NCBI GenBank assembly: GCA_964515295.1
Contig: CAZETW010000003.1
Coordinates: 4,768-68,767 of the forward strand
Source of the DNA: an uncultured bacterium
GTDB taxonomy: Bacteria; Zhuqueibacterota; QNDG01; CAYUAG01
DNA length: 64,000 bases
Direction of reading: 5' to 3'
How positions within the stretch are numbered: the first letter of the stretch is position 1; every line of letters starts with the position of its first letter. Under the pieces are notes generated by a model. The model was not told the origin of the DNA and made no database searches. It was given only the letters and a program-made list of their open reading frames with translations. The translations under genes and the position numbers were made by a program. Shown piece by piece: positions 27,650 through 38,189 of this stretch.

Positions 27650-28589
27650 AATAATTAAGGAAGAGAAAATTTCTTATATTGTTTCTGTTTATAATATTGA
27701 AGATAAAGTGAATAATCTGTATGATTCTTCCAAAAAAATGCTTGAAAATATGAATGTTAACTATGAGATGATTTTTGTGGATGACGGAAGCAGTGATGAA
27801 ACTTGTCAACATTTGCAGTCTATCTCGGAAAATGACAAGAATGTAAAGATTATACGTATGCGTTCATCATTCGGGGAAGCCTGCGCTCTGGATGCCGGAA
27901 TAAAGTATTCTGTAGGGGGAAGAATAATTTTTTATAGTGGCCGGGTAAATATTAATATTGATGATATTGAAAAACTTGTTAAAAAGCATTCTTCGGGATA
28001 TGATCTGGTGGTGGGGTGGCGTTCTCCCAGAGAAGATTCCCTGTTAAATCGGTTGGTTTCATTTTTATTTAATAAATTGGTTGGTCTTTTTTCCGGTTGC
28101 AGAATACATGATATAAATAGTGGAATCTTTGTCTCTTACCGGTATGTATTTGATAATATATCTTATTATGGAAATCTCTACAATTTTATACCTGTTCTCT
28201 CACTGCAGCAGGGATATAAGATTTCGGAAGAAAAAGTAGAACAGGTTCCTGGATCCTACCGGACTTCACGAAATCCCAAAGAATATTTACGCAGGGTATT
28301 GGATATAGTAACAGTGTTCTTTTTAACAAAATACTCTAAAAAACCAATCCATTTCCTTGGTTTCGTAGGAACTATTTTTATTGTATTAGGTATGATAATC
28401 GAACTCTATCTTTTCTTTTACCGAATTTTTCTAATTGGCCCCATCGCAGGCAGACCGCTGTTAATTTTAGGTGCTCTGTTATTGGTTATTGGAATTCAGA
28501 TGATCTCTATCGGATTAATTGGTGAAATGATAATATTTACTCATGCAGGGGAAATAAAAGAATATAATATCGAAGAGATTATTGAGTAA
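27621..28589 (+). CDS. GT2 polyprenyl-phosphate sugar synthase paralog (GtrB-like)
   Basis: 322 aa; SYIVSVYNIEDKV, FVDDGSSDET, C-terminal TM helices; 29-nt overlap with upstream paralog. Confidence 0.75.
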   Translation: MRTRMKIKNKIIKEEKISYIVSVYNIEDKVNNLYDSSKKMLENMNVNYEMIFVDDGSSDETCQHLQSISENDKNVKIIRMRSSFGEACALDAGIKYSVGGRIIFYSGRVNINIDDIEKLVKKHSSGYDLVVGWRSPREDSLLNRLVSFLFNKLVGLFSGCRIHDINSGIFVSYRYVFDNISYYGNLYNFIPVLSLQQGYKISEEKVEQVPGSYRTSRNPKEYLRRVLDIVTVFFLTKYSKKPIHFLGFVGTIFIVLGMIIELYLFFYRIFLIGPIAGRPLLILGALLLVIGIQMISIGLIGEMIIFTHAGEIKEYNIEEIIE

Positions 28590-28656
28590 TTCATACGTTT
28601 TTACACTATAGCCAATAAAAGTCAGTATATTAACTATAAAAAAAGAGAGTTAAATA

Positions 28657-29658
28657 ATGTCAGATTTCCCTTATCACCTCCTTGAGCGAAAAAAGGTTTT
28701 AATAACAGGCGGACTTGGATTTATCGGAAGCAGTATAGCTCTCCGTTGCAGGGAGTTAGGGGCTGAAGTCACGATTCTGGATGCCTGTCTGGAACCCTAT
28801 GGATGGAATTTTGCCAATATTGAAGATATCACAGACGAGGTAGATTTTATTAAAGCTGATATAAGAGACCAAGAGCAGGTTGAAAAATTGACAGCAGATA
28901 AGGATTTAATATTTCATATGGCAGCTCAGGTGGGCAGGGAAATTTCTATGGAAGAGCCTAGGAAAGATACTGCCATTAATTGTTTTGGTACATTGAATCT
29001 TCTGGAATCTATACGAAACATGTCACACCCCCCTAAAGTAATTTATGCCGGCTCACGCGGACAGGTAGGAGAACCAAGGTATCTGCCGGTAGATGAAAAA
29101 CATCCTGATAATCCCACTGATATTTATGGAATAAATAAATTAGCAGCAGAAAAATATATTATGCTGTATCACTGGGTATATGATATTCCGGCAGTGTCTT
29201 TACGGTTGAATAATGTCTATGGTCCCCGATGTCAGATGCACGCAGGTTTTTACGGTATATTAAACTGGTTCATGTCGAATTGTATGCAGGATAAACCAAT
29301 CACAGTATATGGCAAAGGAACTCAAACCAGAGATTATGTATATATTGATGATACTGTAGATGCTTTTATCCGAGTGAGTCTGAGTGATAAGACGAATGGT
29401 GAGATTTTCTATGTTGGTTCCGGGGTTGAGACAGTATTTATTGATATGGTCAATGAGATCATCCGAACGGTCGGAAAAGGTGAAATTAAACATATTCCCT
29501 TTCCTGAGTCCAGAGAAAAGATAGATATCAATAAATTTGTTGTAACTTATGAAAAACTCAAGAAATTTGTTGAATGGGAACCGACAACAGATTTAAGAGA
29601 GGGTATAGGAAAGACATATGCATTTTATAAAAATAATTTACATGAATATTTAAAATAG
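28657..29658 (+). CDS. NAD-dependent epimerase/dehydratase (extended SDR)
   Basis: 333 aa; VLITGGLGFIGSSI, YGINKLAAE. Confidence 0.85.
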   Translation: MSDFPYHLLERKKVLITGGLGFIGSSIALRCRELGAEVTILDACLEPYGWNFANIEDITDEVDFIKADIRDQEQVEKLTADKDLIFHMAAQVGREISMEEPRKDTAINCFGTLNLLESIRNMSHPPKVIYAGSRGQVGEPRYLPVDEKHPDNPTDIYGINKLAAEKYIMLYHWVYDIPAVSLRLNNVYGPRCQMHAGFYGILNWFMSNCMQDKPITVYGKGTQTRDYVYIDDTVDAFIRVSLSDKTNGEIFYVGSGVETVFIDMVNEIIRTVGKGEIKHIPFPESREKIDINKFVVTYEKLKKFVEWEPTTDLREGIGKTYAFYKNNLHEYLK

Positions 29659-29700
29659 TAGAGATAAAGCTATATTAAATTAAATATGTAGGACAATATT

Positions 29701-30669
29701 ATGAAGTTAATTATTCAAATACCTTGTTTTAATGAAGAAGAGACGCTGCCTTTGACGTTAAAAGACATTCCCCGTACGTTTAAAGGGATAGACACTGTTG
29801 AAATACTAGTCATTGATGATGGCAGTACAGATAATACTTTCGAAGCTGCCAGAAAAGCAGGGGTTGATCATATTGTTCAGCATACACATAATAAAGGATT
29901 AGCTCAAAGTTTTGCTACCGGTTTAAAAGAAAGCCTGCTCCGGGATGCTGATATTATTGTTAATACTGATGGAGATAATCAATATGCAGGGAAAGACATT
30001 CAAAAATTAATTGATCCCATTATAACCGGAAAGGCTGATATCGTTATTGGTGACCGAGAAGTCATGTCTGTTGAACATTTTTCATTTATTAAAAAGTGGC
30101 TTCAGCGTATGGGCAGTTGGGTGGTCCGTCAGCTTTCCGGCACAAATATACCGGATGTTACCAGCGGATTTCGAGCAATAAGCAGAGAAGCAGCATTACA
30201 GATTAGTATTTTGTCAAAATTTACCTATACTCTGGAAACAATAATACAGGCCGGAAAGAAAAATATGTCAATAACGCATATTCCAGTCAAAACCAATGAA
30301 AAATTACGACCTTCCCGACTCTTCAGCACTATCCCTGTCTATTTAAAACGATCTCTGGGAACAATTCTTAAAGTATATACACTTTATACACCATTAAAAG
30401 TTTTTTCCATCATTGGAAGTGTAATTTTCGGCATTGGATTGATTATTTCTATACGGTTCCTATATTTTTATATTACAGGTGACAGCAGCGGGCATATTCA
30501 GTCTTTAATTCTTTCTGCTGTATTTATGATTGTAGGGTTTCAGATTTTTGTTATTGGGCTAATGGCTGAGTTAATAGCTACCAACAGAAAATTTTTAGAG
30601 GATATAATTTATCAAGTTAGAAAGATAAATTTATCCATGAAGAAGAGGAATGAAAAAAAAGAAAAATAA
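29701..30669 (+). CDS. GT2 polyprenyl-phosphate sugar synthase (GtrB/DPM1-like), third paralog
   Basis: 322 aa; IIQIPCFNEEETL, VIDDGSTDNT, TDGDNQY, two C-terminal TM helices. Confidence 0.8.
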   Translation: MKLIIQIPCFNEEETLPLTLKDIPRTFKGIDTVEILVIDDGSTDNTFEAARKAGVDHIVQHTHNKGLAQSFATGLKESLLRDADIIVNTDGDNQYAGKDIQKLIDPIITGKADIVIGDREVMSVEHFSFIKKWLQRMGSWVVRQLSGTNIPDVTSGFRAISREAALQISILSKFTYTLETIIQAGKKNMSITHIPVKTNEKLRPSRLFSTIPVYLKRSLGTILKVYTLYTPLKVFSIIGSVIFGIGLIISIRFLYFYITGDSSGHIQSLILSAVFMIVGFQIFVIGLMAELIATNRKFLEDIIYQVRKINLSMKKRNEKKEK

Positions 30670-31756
30670 AAATATAATTAAAATATGTTATATTGCAGGC
30701 AGGGAAGCCACGTATACAAGAACCAGGACGATATTAGAAGCACTTAAAAATAATGGATATGATGTTATCTCCTGCTTGCCTGTTGATAAGTCTTTTTTTC
30801 ATTATCCTTTGCTTCTGTGGCATTTTTTTTGGAAACATAAAGATTGTCAGCTTATTATTGTTGGTTTTTATGGCCAGTTGCTTCTGCCCTGGGTAAAACT
30901 TTTTACTAATAAGAAAATACTGTTTGATCTTTATGTATCAACCTATGATACCATGGTGTATGATCGAAGAGTCACTGCCTCCAATACACTTTTAGCTAAA
31001 TGGTTTCGTTTTTCTGATCGCTTATCAATGAGACTGGCTGATAAAATTATTCTGGAAACCAGGGATCATATTGATAATTATGCTGAAAAATTTAAAGTTT
31101 CTAAAGAAAAATTCTTTCATATATTTCTGGGATTAAATGAGAGTTTATTTATTCAGGATAAAAAGGCTAAAAAGAAAAAAAGTAGTTTCCTGGTTCATTT
31201 TCATGGTGAGTATGCGCCTTTCCACGGAGTAGAGTATATCCTTGAAGCTGCAGATTTATTACGTAACGAAAACGTCTGTTTCAGAATAATTGGTACTGGC
31301 ATAACCTATCAAAAGAATATGGAATTGGCGGCCAGGTTGAAACTTACTAATGTTGAATTTATAGATGGGGTTCCTTATGAATTGTTATCGGTTAAAATGT
31401 CTGAAGCTGATTGCTGCTTGGGATTCTTTGGTATTAATCCCAGAGCTGAAAGAATATTAACCAATAAAGTGATTGAAACCTTAGCAGTGGGTAAACCGCT
31501 TATCACCGGGCATAATCAGCCTGTACAGGAATTACTGGAGCATAATAAAAATGCTTTACTTATTAATAGAGGTGATCCTGGGGCATTAGCAGAGGCAATT
31601 TTACGGTTAAAAGAAAATCCATCATTAAGAAAAAAAATTGCAGAAAATGGCCATGTTGTTTTTAAGAAGAACTGTTCATTGAAAGTGTTTTCTCAAAAAT
31701 TAAAGACAGTAATTGAAGTGCTAATATCCGAAGATAAACAGAGATGGTTTAAATAA
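30650..31756 (+). CDS. glycosyltransferase (GT-B fold, GT1/GT4-like)
   Basis: 368 aa; C-terminal domain with ...KVIETLAVGKPLITGHN... Confidence 0.65.
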   Translation: MKKKKNKNIIKICYIAGREATYTRTRTILEALKNNGYDVISCLPVDKSFFHYPLLLWHFFWKHKDCQLIIVGFYGQLLLPWVKLFTNKKILFDLYVSTYDTMVYDRRVTASNTLLAKWFRFSDRLSMRLADKIILETRDHIDNYAEKFKVSKEKFFHIFLGLNESLFIQDKKAKKKKSSFLVHFHGEYAPFHGVEYILEAADLLRNENVCFRIIGTGITYQKNMELAARLKLTNVEFIDGVPYELLSVKMSEADCCLGFFGINPRAERILTNKVIETLAVGKPLITGHNQPVQELLEHNKNALLINRGDPGALAEAILRLKENPSLRKKIAENGHVVFKKNCSLKVFSQKLKTVIEVLISEDKQRWFK

Positions 31757-31885
31757 TTTTTTTTGTCACATAAGTAAAACCGAATGCTTTAATGAGCTGA
31801 GAATTTGAAGTATAATACATACATAGAGTTTTATGTATAGAAATAATTAGATAAAAGTCTTAATAAAAGTGAGGAATGCCGTAAT

Positions 31886-32800
31886 ATGCTTCATAAACAA
31901 GAAATATTCTGTTCTGTAATCATCCCCAGTTATAATTCCAAAAACAAGATCTGTAAGACACTTGACGCTTTGAAAGAGATGGAAACTGAACATGCGCATG
32001 AAATAATTGTGGTGGATTCTTCTGCTGATGAAACGCCGGATATTATTAAAAAAAAGTATCCCTGGGTAAAATTAATACATCTTGAAGAACAAACCTATCC
32101 TGGATCAGCCAGGAATTTGGGTATAAGACATTCCCGGGGAAATATTATTGCATTTCTGGATTCCGATTGCACTGTTATTAAAGAATGGCTGGATATAATA
32201 GTTGAAACTCATCTTACTCACCCCGACTATGCAGCAGTAGTAGGAAGTATAGGCAATGGTACTCCTTATAATTTAGTAGGGACTGCTTCTTATTTAATAG
32301 AATTTAATGAATGGACACCAAAAACTAAGAAACGTGAAATAGATTATATTCTGGGCGGTAATGTCAGTTATAAGAAGGAGATTATTATGAAACACAGTCT
32401 TTCTTATACTGATATTTTTCCTTCCGAGGATACGATCTTTGCTCAGGATCTTATTGCAAAGGGAGAGAAAATAATATTTATTCCGGAATTAATTGTATAT
32501 CATGTGAATAATACTGATTTATCACATGTTTTAAGACATCAGTATGTGCTCGGCAATGCTTCTGCCAAAGCCAGGCGGGATAAAAATATGTTTGGGAATA
32601 TAATCAGCAAATATAAAATTTTAATATTAGGTGTTCCTTTTGTTCGTTATGTTAGGGCTTTTATAAGGCTTTTAAAGCAGGATTTTATATTATTTATAAT
32701 CTTTATTGTTATCTCTCCTCTTTATATTTTAGCAGTATTTTGCTGGGCAATTGGATATATGGGAAAAGATAAGTTTAAGCCTACAAAAATTAAAGTATAA
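31886..32800 (+). CDS. glycosyltransferase family 2
   Basis: 304 aa; SVIIPSYNSKNKI, VVDSSADET, FLDSDC (DxD). Confidence 0.75.
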   Translation: MLHKQEIFCSVIIPSYNSKNKICKTLDALKEMETEHAHEIIVVDSSADETPDIIKKKYPWVKLIHLEEQTYPGSARNLGIRHSRGNIIAFLDSDCTVIKEWLDIIVETHLTHPDYAAVVGSIGNGTPYNLVGTASYLIEFNEWTPKTKKREIDYILGGNVSYKKEIIMKHSLSYTDIFPSEDTIFAQDLIAKGEKIIFIPELIVYHVNNTDLSHVLRHQYVLGNASAKARRDKNMFGNIISKYKILILGVPFVRYVRAFIRLLKQDFILFIIFIVISPLYILAVFCWAIGYMGKDKFKPTKIKV

Positions 32801-32826
32801 TGTATAATATATAATTTATTAAGCTC

Positions 32827-34362
32827 TTATTTATTCTTATCATCAAATGATATAGTATCAGTTTTATTTACCAGCCATATAGTAGAACCAGTAAAACAGG
32901 AATCCTGCCATAATAAAGATGCATTATTTTTCAGCCATGTATTAATATTTTCTTTAAATGGTGAATCTGGTAACAGTCCGTCTGTAGTAAAAATAAGGTT
33001 TTTAAATTGAGCAGACAGTGAGTCCATTTCAGAGGTGGATTCTATCTGTATTCTTCGCACTGTTGGATTATTAAAGGAAAGTTTGGATAAGTAATACCGA
33101 ATACTGTAGTCTCCCCATTCAGGGATGGAAATAATGGTTGTGTTCTCAGAATTATATTCAGATATATATGATATTCCCTTTTCCCAGTCAGGTTTTTTTT
33201 GATTTATATAATAATAATAAAGAATATAAGAATTAATTGCGGTTAATAGTATTACAATTACTTTTATAGAGTTTGTGTGAGAAGCATGATGTATCTTAGT
33301 TTTTTTAAAACCGGCTGTTTTCCCCCAAAAATGTGAGATTATGTTGCCTAAAGAGACTGCAGAGCAGGTTAACAATAAAAGATAAGGAATAAGGAGAAAT
33401 ATCAGGAATCTGTAACCACTGCCGAAATAGATAACGAATGTACTCATCCAGCTCAGCAGTAAAGAAAAAAGTATTATATAACCGTTAAAAATAAATATTT
33501 TTTTGTATTTGTTCCATCCGGTTATCATGCCTGATATGATAAATAATCCCATAAAATATTTAATATATCTGTCTAAGAAGCAATGGGGAAGATCTACTGG
33601 ATTTATTAAGTTTTTACCAAATATTAATATAAAATGAAGCGGATGTATACTGTGACGATATGAAGTAGATGCACTAAGCTTAGCAGAGGTTTGTTGAAAG
33701 AAAAAGAATGATTGCGGTATATGGCCAATAAAGATAATTAACAAGGAATAAAAGAACCATTTTTGATATTTAAAAGATGATTTTATGTTTTTTGTAAAGA
33801 GTAAATAAAAAATATATAAGGATATTTGCGAGGCAAGCAGAATCAGGGAAAAATAGTGGATGTAAAAATTAACTATGCTGACTCCTGCCCACATCAGCCA
33901 GTCATGTTTTTTCTGATATATCACAGCTTTGTAAAGGAATACAAAAGATACAAGAGATATCAAAAGAAAAAGTGAATAAACGCGTGCTTCCTGAGAATAA
34001 CGAATATGAAAAACTGATACAGTAAGCAGAAGGGCTGCTATTATTGCTTCTTTTTTCCCGATGATACGATGAGTGAGAGAATAAAATAATGGAACAGCTG
34101 CAATACCACATAAAGCAGAAAAGAAGCGAAGTGCAAATTCAGATTTACTCAGTTTAACTATAAAGTGAATAATTAAATAATAGGTTGGGGGGTGAACATC
34201 CCACCCATAAGAGTTTTTTATGATTTCAGAAAAACCTAAAACCGCTCTGTAAAAAGTAATGGCTTCATCAAACCACAGACATTCTTTTCCTAAGTTATAT
34301 AGTCTGAGGAAAATTGCTAAACCTAAAATAAGATAAAAAAGGATTGATTGTTTGTTTTTCAT
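32827..34362 (-). CDS. GT-C membrane glycosyltransferase, PMT/ArnT-like (GT39/GT83 family)
   Basis: 511 aa, polytopic; first external loop LRLYNLGKECLWFDEAITFYRA carries the DE-xx-Y motif of lipid-carrier-dependent GT-C enzymes. Confidence 0.75.
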   Translation of the reverse strand: MKNKQSILFYLILGLAIFLRLYNLGKECLWFDEAITFYRAVLGFSEIIKNSYGWDVHPPTYYLIIHFIVKLSKSEFALRFFSALCGIAAVPLFYSLTHRIIGKKEAIIAALLLTVSVFHIRYSQEARVYSLFLLISLVSFVFLYKAVIYQKKHDWLMWAGVSIVNFYIHYFSLILLASQISLYIFYLLFTKNIKSSFKYQKWFFYSLLIIFIGHIPQSFFFFQQTSAKLSASTSYRHSIHPLHFILIFGKNLINPVDLPHCFLDRYIKYFMGLFIISGMITGWNKYKKIFIFNGYIILFSLLLSWMSTFVIYFGSGYRFLIFLLIPYLLLLTCSAVSLGNIISHFWGKTAGFKKTKIHHASHTNSIKVIVILLTAINSYILYYYYINQKKPDWEKGISYISEYNSENTTIISIPEWGDYSIRYYLSKLSFNNPTVRRIQIESTSEMDSLSAQFKNLIFTTDGLLPDSPFKENINTWLKNNASLLWQDSCFTGSTIWLVNKTDTISFDDKNK

Positions 34363-34542
34363 ATATTTATTTATAAAAATTTTAATTTAATATAAATAAA
34401 CAGAGTAGAAAAATCAAGTATGATTTCAGTATTTTCTTGACATTAATTATTATAATGTTAACTTTCAACTGTAGGTTCACAAGAAAGGGAAGAATTTTAA
34501 TATTATATATACAATTTATAATGTTTAGATTGGGGATCATAT
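34363..34542. promoter_or_regulatory. divergent intergenic region between two GT-C glycosyltransferase genes
   Basis: 180 bp AT-rich spacer between a - strand start (34362) and + strand start (34543). Confidence 0.3.
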
Positions 34543-36222
34543 ATGAGATTATTTGTAAAGCCTTTCAAAAATACGGTTCCCTTTATTATTGTTGTACTTC
34601 TTCTTTTACTTCGGGCAGCATGGGAATATGTGGCTCCGGTGAATCCGGATGATTTCAAGGGCCTGATATATCTGAGAGATATAGTGTTTGTTTTTCCAGC
34701 TAGTTTAATATTAACTTACACACTGTTTATACATGTTGATTCCATAGTCTCTGAGAAAATAAACTATTTGGACTGGATTCAGAAGAGAAAACGGATAATA
34801 ACATTTATAATGGCTGTGATAATTTTCTGCCTGTGTTTATTATTAAATATATTTGTCTATAAGACCTGTGCTCATATTGTGGATGAAGCAAATTATCTTT
34901 TTCAGGCAAAGGTTTTTGCATCAGGAAGGTTATGGGCACAACCTCCCGAACTTTCCAAAGAATTCTTTCACCTTCTTTATTTTGTCCAGACTCCGGATAA
35001 ATGGTACGGTTCATTCTTTCCAGGTCAAAGCTTACTGCTGGCTTTAGGGATACTGTTAAAAATGCCTTTTCTGATCAATCCTTTTCTTACAGCTGTTCTT
35101 TTAATAACCACAGTTTGGGCAGGTCAAAAAATTTATTCGGCACATACCGGGATAATAGCAGGATTTTTTTTGCTGTGCTCTCCTTTTGTATTGTTTCAGG
35201 GGGCAAGTTATTTTTCACATATTCTCCCGGCAATAATTATTACTGTATTACTGGTATGGATTGCAAGGTTTGGAGAGTTTACTCATAAAAAATGTATTAT
35301 CAGCGGATTAATAACAGGAATGCTTTTTCTCTTTCGTCCACTATCGGCATTTGTCATAATTGTATTTTTTTTATTTTATATTGTATTCCAAGTTATAAAA
35401 AATAAAGATTTCAATGTTAAGGTTGGTATCAATTTTCTGATTCTGTTCGGTATCGGATTGTTGCCGGGGATTATATTGTTGTTAGGATATAATTATTATT
35501 TAACCGGTCAATATTTTACCACACCTCATCAATTAGCGTTACCCAATGAAACCATGCGGTTTGGAATTCATTCATTAAAAAATACTTTAATTAATGTAAC
35601 GGGACTTTCAGTTGATTTATTGGGATTACCCTTAATATCTTTGATTCCTGTTATTTTATTTTTTATTTCCCGCTGTCAATATTCAAAATTGTTTTTGATT
35701 TTCAGTGTTATGTACTGTATAGCATACAGTATATACCCGTATCACGGATTGAGTTACGGACCCCGGTTTTATTTCGAGCTGGTTCCCCTCTTACTTATTG
35801 GTTCTGTACAGGTATTGTTGAAAAAATGTACTTTTCCAAAGAGGAAATTAACCGGATTATTTTCATCTTTATCTAAAAATGCAATTATTATTACATTATT
35901 TATTACAGTTCCTGTTATTTCTTTTCTGGGTATAGTACCGTGGAGAGTTTCAGTATTTGTCAACAGGGGGGAATATTATAACATTAAAGATACTGTACAA
36001 AAAAAGGTTATACCTCCTGCAATCGTCTCAATAAAAAGTTCTGATAAAGAACGTATGATACCGTATTTGGCTGGTTTTCAACTAAATTCTCCAATCTGGA
36101 AAGGAAATGTTATATTTGTTCATTATTTACCAGAGAAAAAAGATGAAATAATGATGAAATATCCTGAAAGACGTCATTATATACTGGATATGGACAAAAA
36201 AATTGTTATTTCAGATACTTGA
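34543..36222 (+). CDS. putative GT-C-type membrane glycosyltransferase
   Basis: 559 aa, ~11 TM helices; early loop HIVDEANYLFQAKVFASGRLW resembles DE-xx-Y loop of ArnT/PMT. Confidence 0.55.
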   Translation: MRLFVKPFKNTVPFIIVVLLLLLRAAWEYVAPVNPDDFKGLIYLRDIVFVFPASLILTYTLFIHVDSIVSEKINYLDWIQKRKRIITFIMAVIIFCLCLLLNIFVYKTCAHIVDEANYLFQAKVFASGRLWAQPPELSKEFFHLLYFVQTPDKWYGSFFPGQSLLLALGILLKMPFLINPFLTAVLLITTVWAGQKIYSAHTGIIAGFFLLCSPFVLFQGASYFSHILPAIIITVLLVWIARFGEFTHKKCIISGLITGMLFLFRPLSAFVIIVFFLFYIVFQVIKNKDFNVKVGINFLILFGIGLLPGIILLLGYNYYLTGQYFTTPHQLALPNETMRFGIHSLKNTLINVTGLSVDLLGLPLISLIPVILFFISRCQYSKLFLIFSVMYCIAYSIYPYHGLSYGPRFYFELVPLLLIGSVQVLLKKCTFPKRKLTGLFSSLSKNAIIITLFITVPVISFLGIVPWRVSVFVNRGEYYNIKDTVQKKVIPPAIVSIKSSDKERMIPYLAGFQLNSPIWKGNVIFVHYLPEKKDEIMMKYPERRHYILDMDKKIVISDT

Positions 36223-36480
36223 TTTTATGCTGATATTTTAGTATATTTTAAATTATTTATATGTCTGAGACTGATTGCAGTGCATGAAAAAAGACCATTA
36301 ATGGGGATTTCCCCAGGTAGGATAAAGGTTACTATTAGAAAAAGTTTATATTTTTAAATATATATTATATGAACATCTATCATATTATTATCTTTCCCAA
36401 GCTACTATTAATATTTTGCATCACAAAGAAAGGATTATTTTTTTAAAAATACTTAATTTAAGATAAAAACCAAATACATA

Positions 36481-38181
36481 ATGAACCGGATAATATATAA
36501 TAAATATTTTTCTAAGATTTATCACAAAATAATTGAGCATTGGGAAATGCTCATGTTTTTAATTATTGGTTTTGTGATTCGTTTATTCTTGACAAGATAT
36601 CAGGAAGTTGTGTCATATGATGAAGTAAATTATCTTAAATTAGCTGTTTACGGAGCGATACATGGCATAATGAATGTTATGCATACATATTGGTCACCCT
36701 TTTATCCATTTATTATTGCTTTATTCTCCAAGATTTCGTCAAACTATGAGATCATTGCCAGACTTATTTCAGTATTCTGCGGCAGCCTGGTGATATTGCC
36801 TTTGTACAAGCTTGCACGATATCGACTGACAAAAAAAACTTCTGTAATCACTATTGCTATGATAGCCCTGTACCCTGCTTTGTCTTCATTGAGTGCTAAA
36901 ATATTAACAGAATCTCTCTACATATTTTTGGGAATATCCGGAGTATTGGTTATCTGGAATTCTCTTACGAAAAAATCGCTTGGATTATCGTTTTGTGGCG
37001 GAGTTGTTTTTGGGATGACCTACTTGACTCGTCCTGAGGGGATAGGATTTATTATTATTGTGATAATGATCAATCTTATTCTTTTAATTAACAGTATGTT
37101 TCAGAGAAAGAAAAATAAGTATATTCAATTGGTGATTTTTTCTGTATTAGGATTTATAATAACTTCTTCACCATATTTATTATTCTTGCATCATAAAACA
37201 GGTGAATGGACCATAAGCGCAAAGCAAAAGTCTTTACAGCAGGCAGAGGCTGATGTATTTAAACATGAAAAAGAAGACTATCAATTCAGAAAACTTTCTG
37301 CTGATAATAAATCACTTCTTATTGATCAAATGTTTCATCTTGGAAATTTTATTACAGCAGAAGAAGAAAGAGGAGAGCCTGTAGTTCAGGTGACGTTATT
37401 TTTAATGGTCCAGAAATATATTAAAAATTTCCATGAATTAATTAATATGATAGTTCCTACCGTAATTCCGCTTACACTGGCTGTATTCTTAATTCTGGGT
37501 CTTTTCTGTCGGACAGGGGGAAAAGAGAAAATATTGTTTGATTTGTATCTTCTGAGCTTTATAATCTTTTTTTGGGGTATTGTTATCCCGCTTTTTCATA
37601 TTAATTACCGATATTTTTTACCAATATTACCAATATGTTTCATCTGGATTGGTAAAGGCGTGGTTGTTTTTTATTCCTGGGTGAAGAATTTATTTCATAA
37701 TCTTATCATATGGAAAAATAAGAAGTTATTTATTCAAATGATATCTTTATTATCAGTATTTCTTTTTATTTCTTTGTCGTATGTACCTGATTATATAAAA
37801 TTTTTTACTGACAATACTGCTGCTGCCACCAGATGGGCAAAGCCGGTTGAATATAAAAGAGCTGGTTTATGGTTAAAGAATAACTGTACAACAACACCTG
37901 TTGTAATGAGCCATTATCAAATCGTAAGTTACTATGCCGGGAATTATGATATAACTGAATCGGTTAGTATCCCTTTCAACACTATTGATAGGGTGCTGGA
38001 ATATGCTGAATATAGAAACGTAGACTATCTTGTTTTATCTGAAAGATATGTAAGACTGTTTCCTCTCATTGAAAATCTTTTTTATATGAAAAATATACCT
38101 GAGAAATTAAAGGTTGTGTATCATTTTGAAAGCAAAGCAGATTTGAGAGTAGTTATTTATAAATTAATGCATGATAAATGA
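36481..38181 (+). CDS. GT-C membrane glycosyltransferase, PMT/ArnT-like
   Basis: 566 aa polytopic; first loop LTRYQEVVSYDEVNYLKL (DE-xx-Y); large C-terminal soluble domain. Confidence 0.7.
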   Translation: MNRIIYNKYFSKIYHKIIEHWEMLMFLIIGFVIRLFLTRYQEVVSYDEVNYLKLAVYGAIHGIMNVMHTYWSPFYPFIIALFSKISSNYEIIARLISVFCGSLVILPLYKLARYRLTKKTSVITIAMIALYPALSSLSAKILTESLYIFLGISGVLVIWNSLTKKSLGLSFCGGVVFGMTYLTRPEGIGFIIIVIMINLILLINSMFQRKKNKYIQLVIFSVLGFIITSSPYLLFLHHKTGEWTISAKQKSLQQAEADVFKHEKEDYQFRKLSADNKSLLIDQMFHLGNFITAEEERGEPVVQVTLFLMVQKYIKNFHELINMIVPTVIPLTLAVFLILGLFCRTGGKEKILFDLYLLSFIIFFWGIVIPLFHINYRYFLPILPICFIWIGKGVVVFYSWVKNLFHNLIIWKNKKLFIQMISLLSVFLFISLSYVPDYIKFFTDNTAAATRWAKPVEYKRAGLWLKNNCTTTPVVMSHYQIVSYYAGNYDITESVSIPFNTIDRVLEYAEYRNVDYLVLSERYVRLFPLIENLFYMKNIPEKLKVVYHFESKADLRVVIYKLMHDK

Positions 38182-38189
38182 GTTGTTAA

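Noticed and set aside
32801-32826. 26-bp AT-rich gap between convergent genes (GT2 + strand, GT-C - strand) examined for a bidirectional terminator
   Set aside because: Only weak AT-only palindromic character (tataatatataat); no GC-containing stem or flanking U-tracts, so no supportable terminator call.
34437-35288. Small ORFs 34437-34652, 34853-35047, 35001-35288 near the start of the GT-C-like gene
   Set aside because: They overlap the 559-aa membrane protein ORF in other frames, have implausible Cys/Phe-rich translations, and lack RBS; the long ORF with an RBS (GGGGA) is the gene.
36300-36320. ggggatttcccc short palindrome downstream of the 34543-36222 gene as a possible terminator
   Set aside because: Stem of only 4-5 bp with a 2-4 nt loop and no downstream T-tract; too weak to call.
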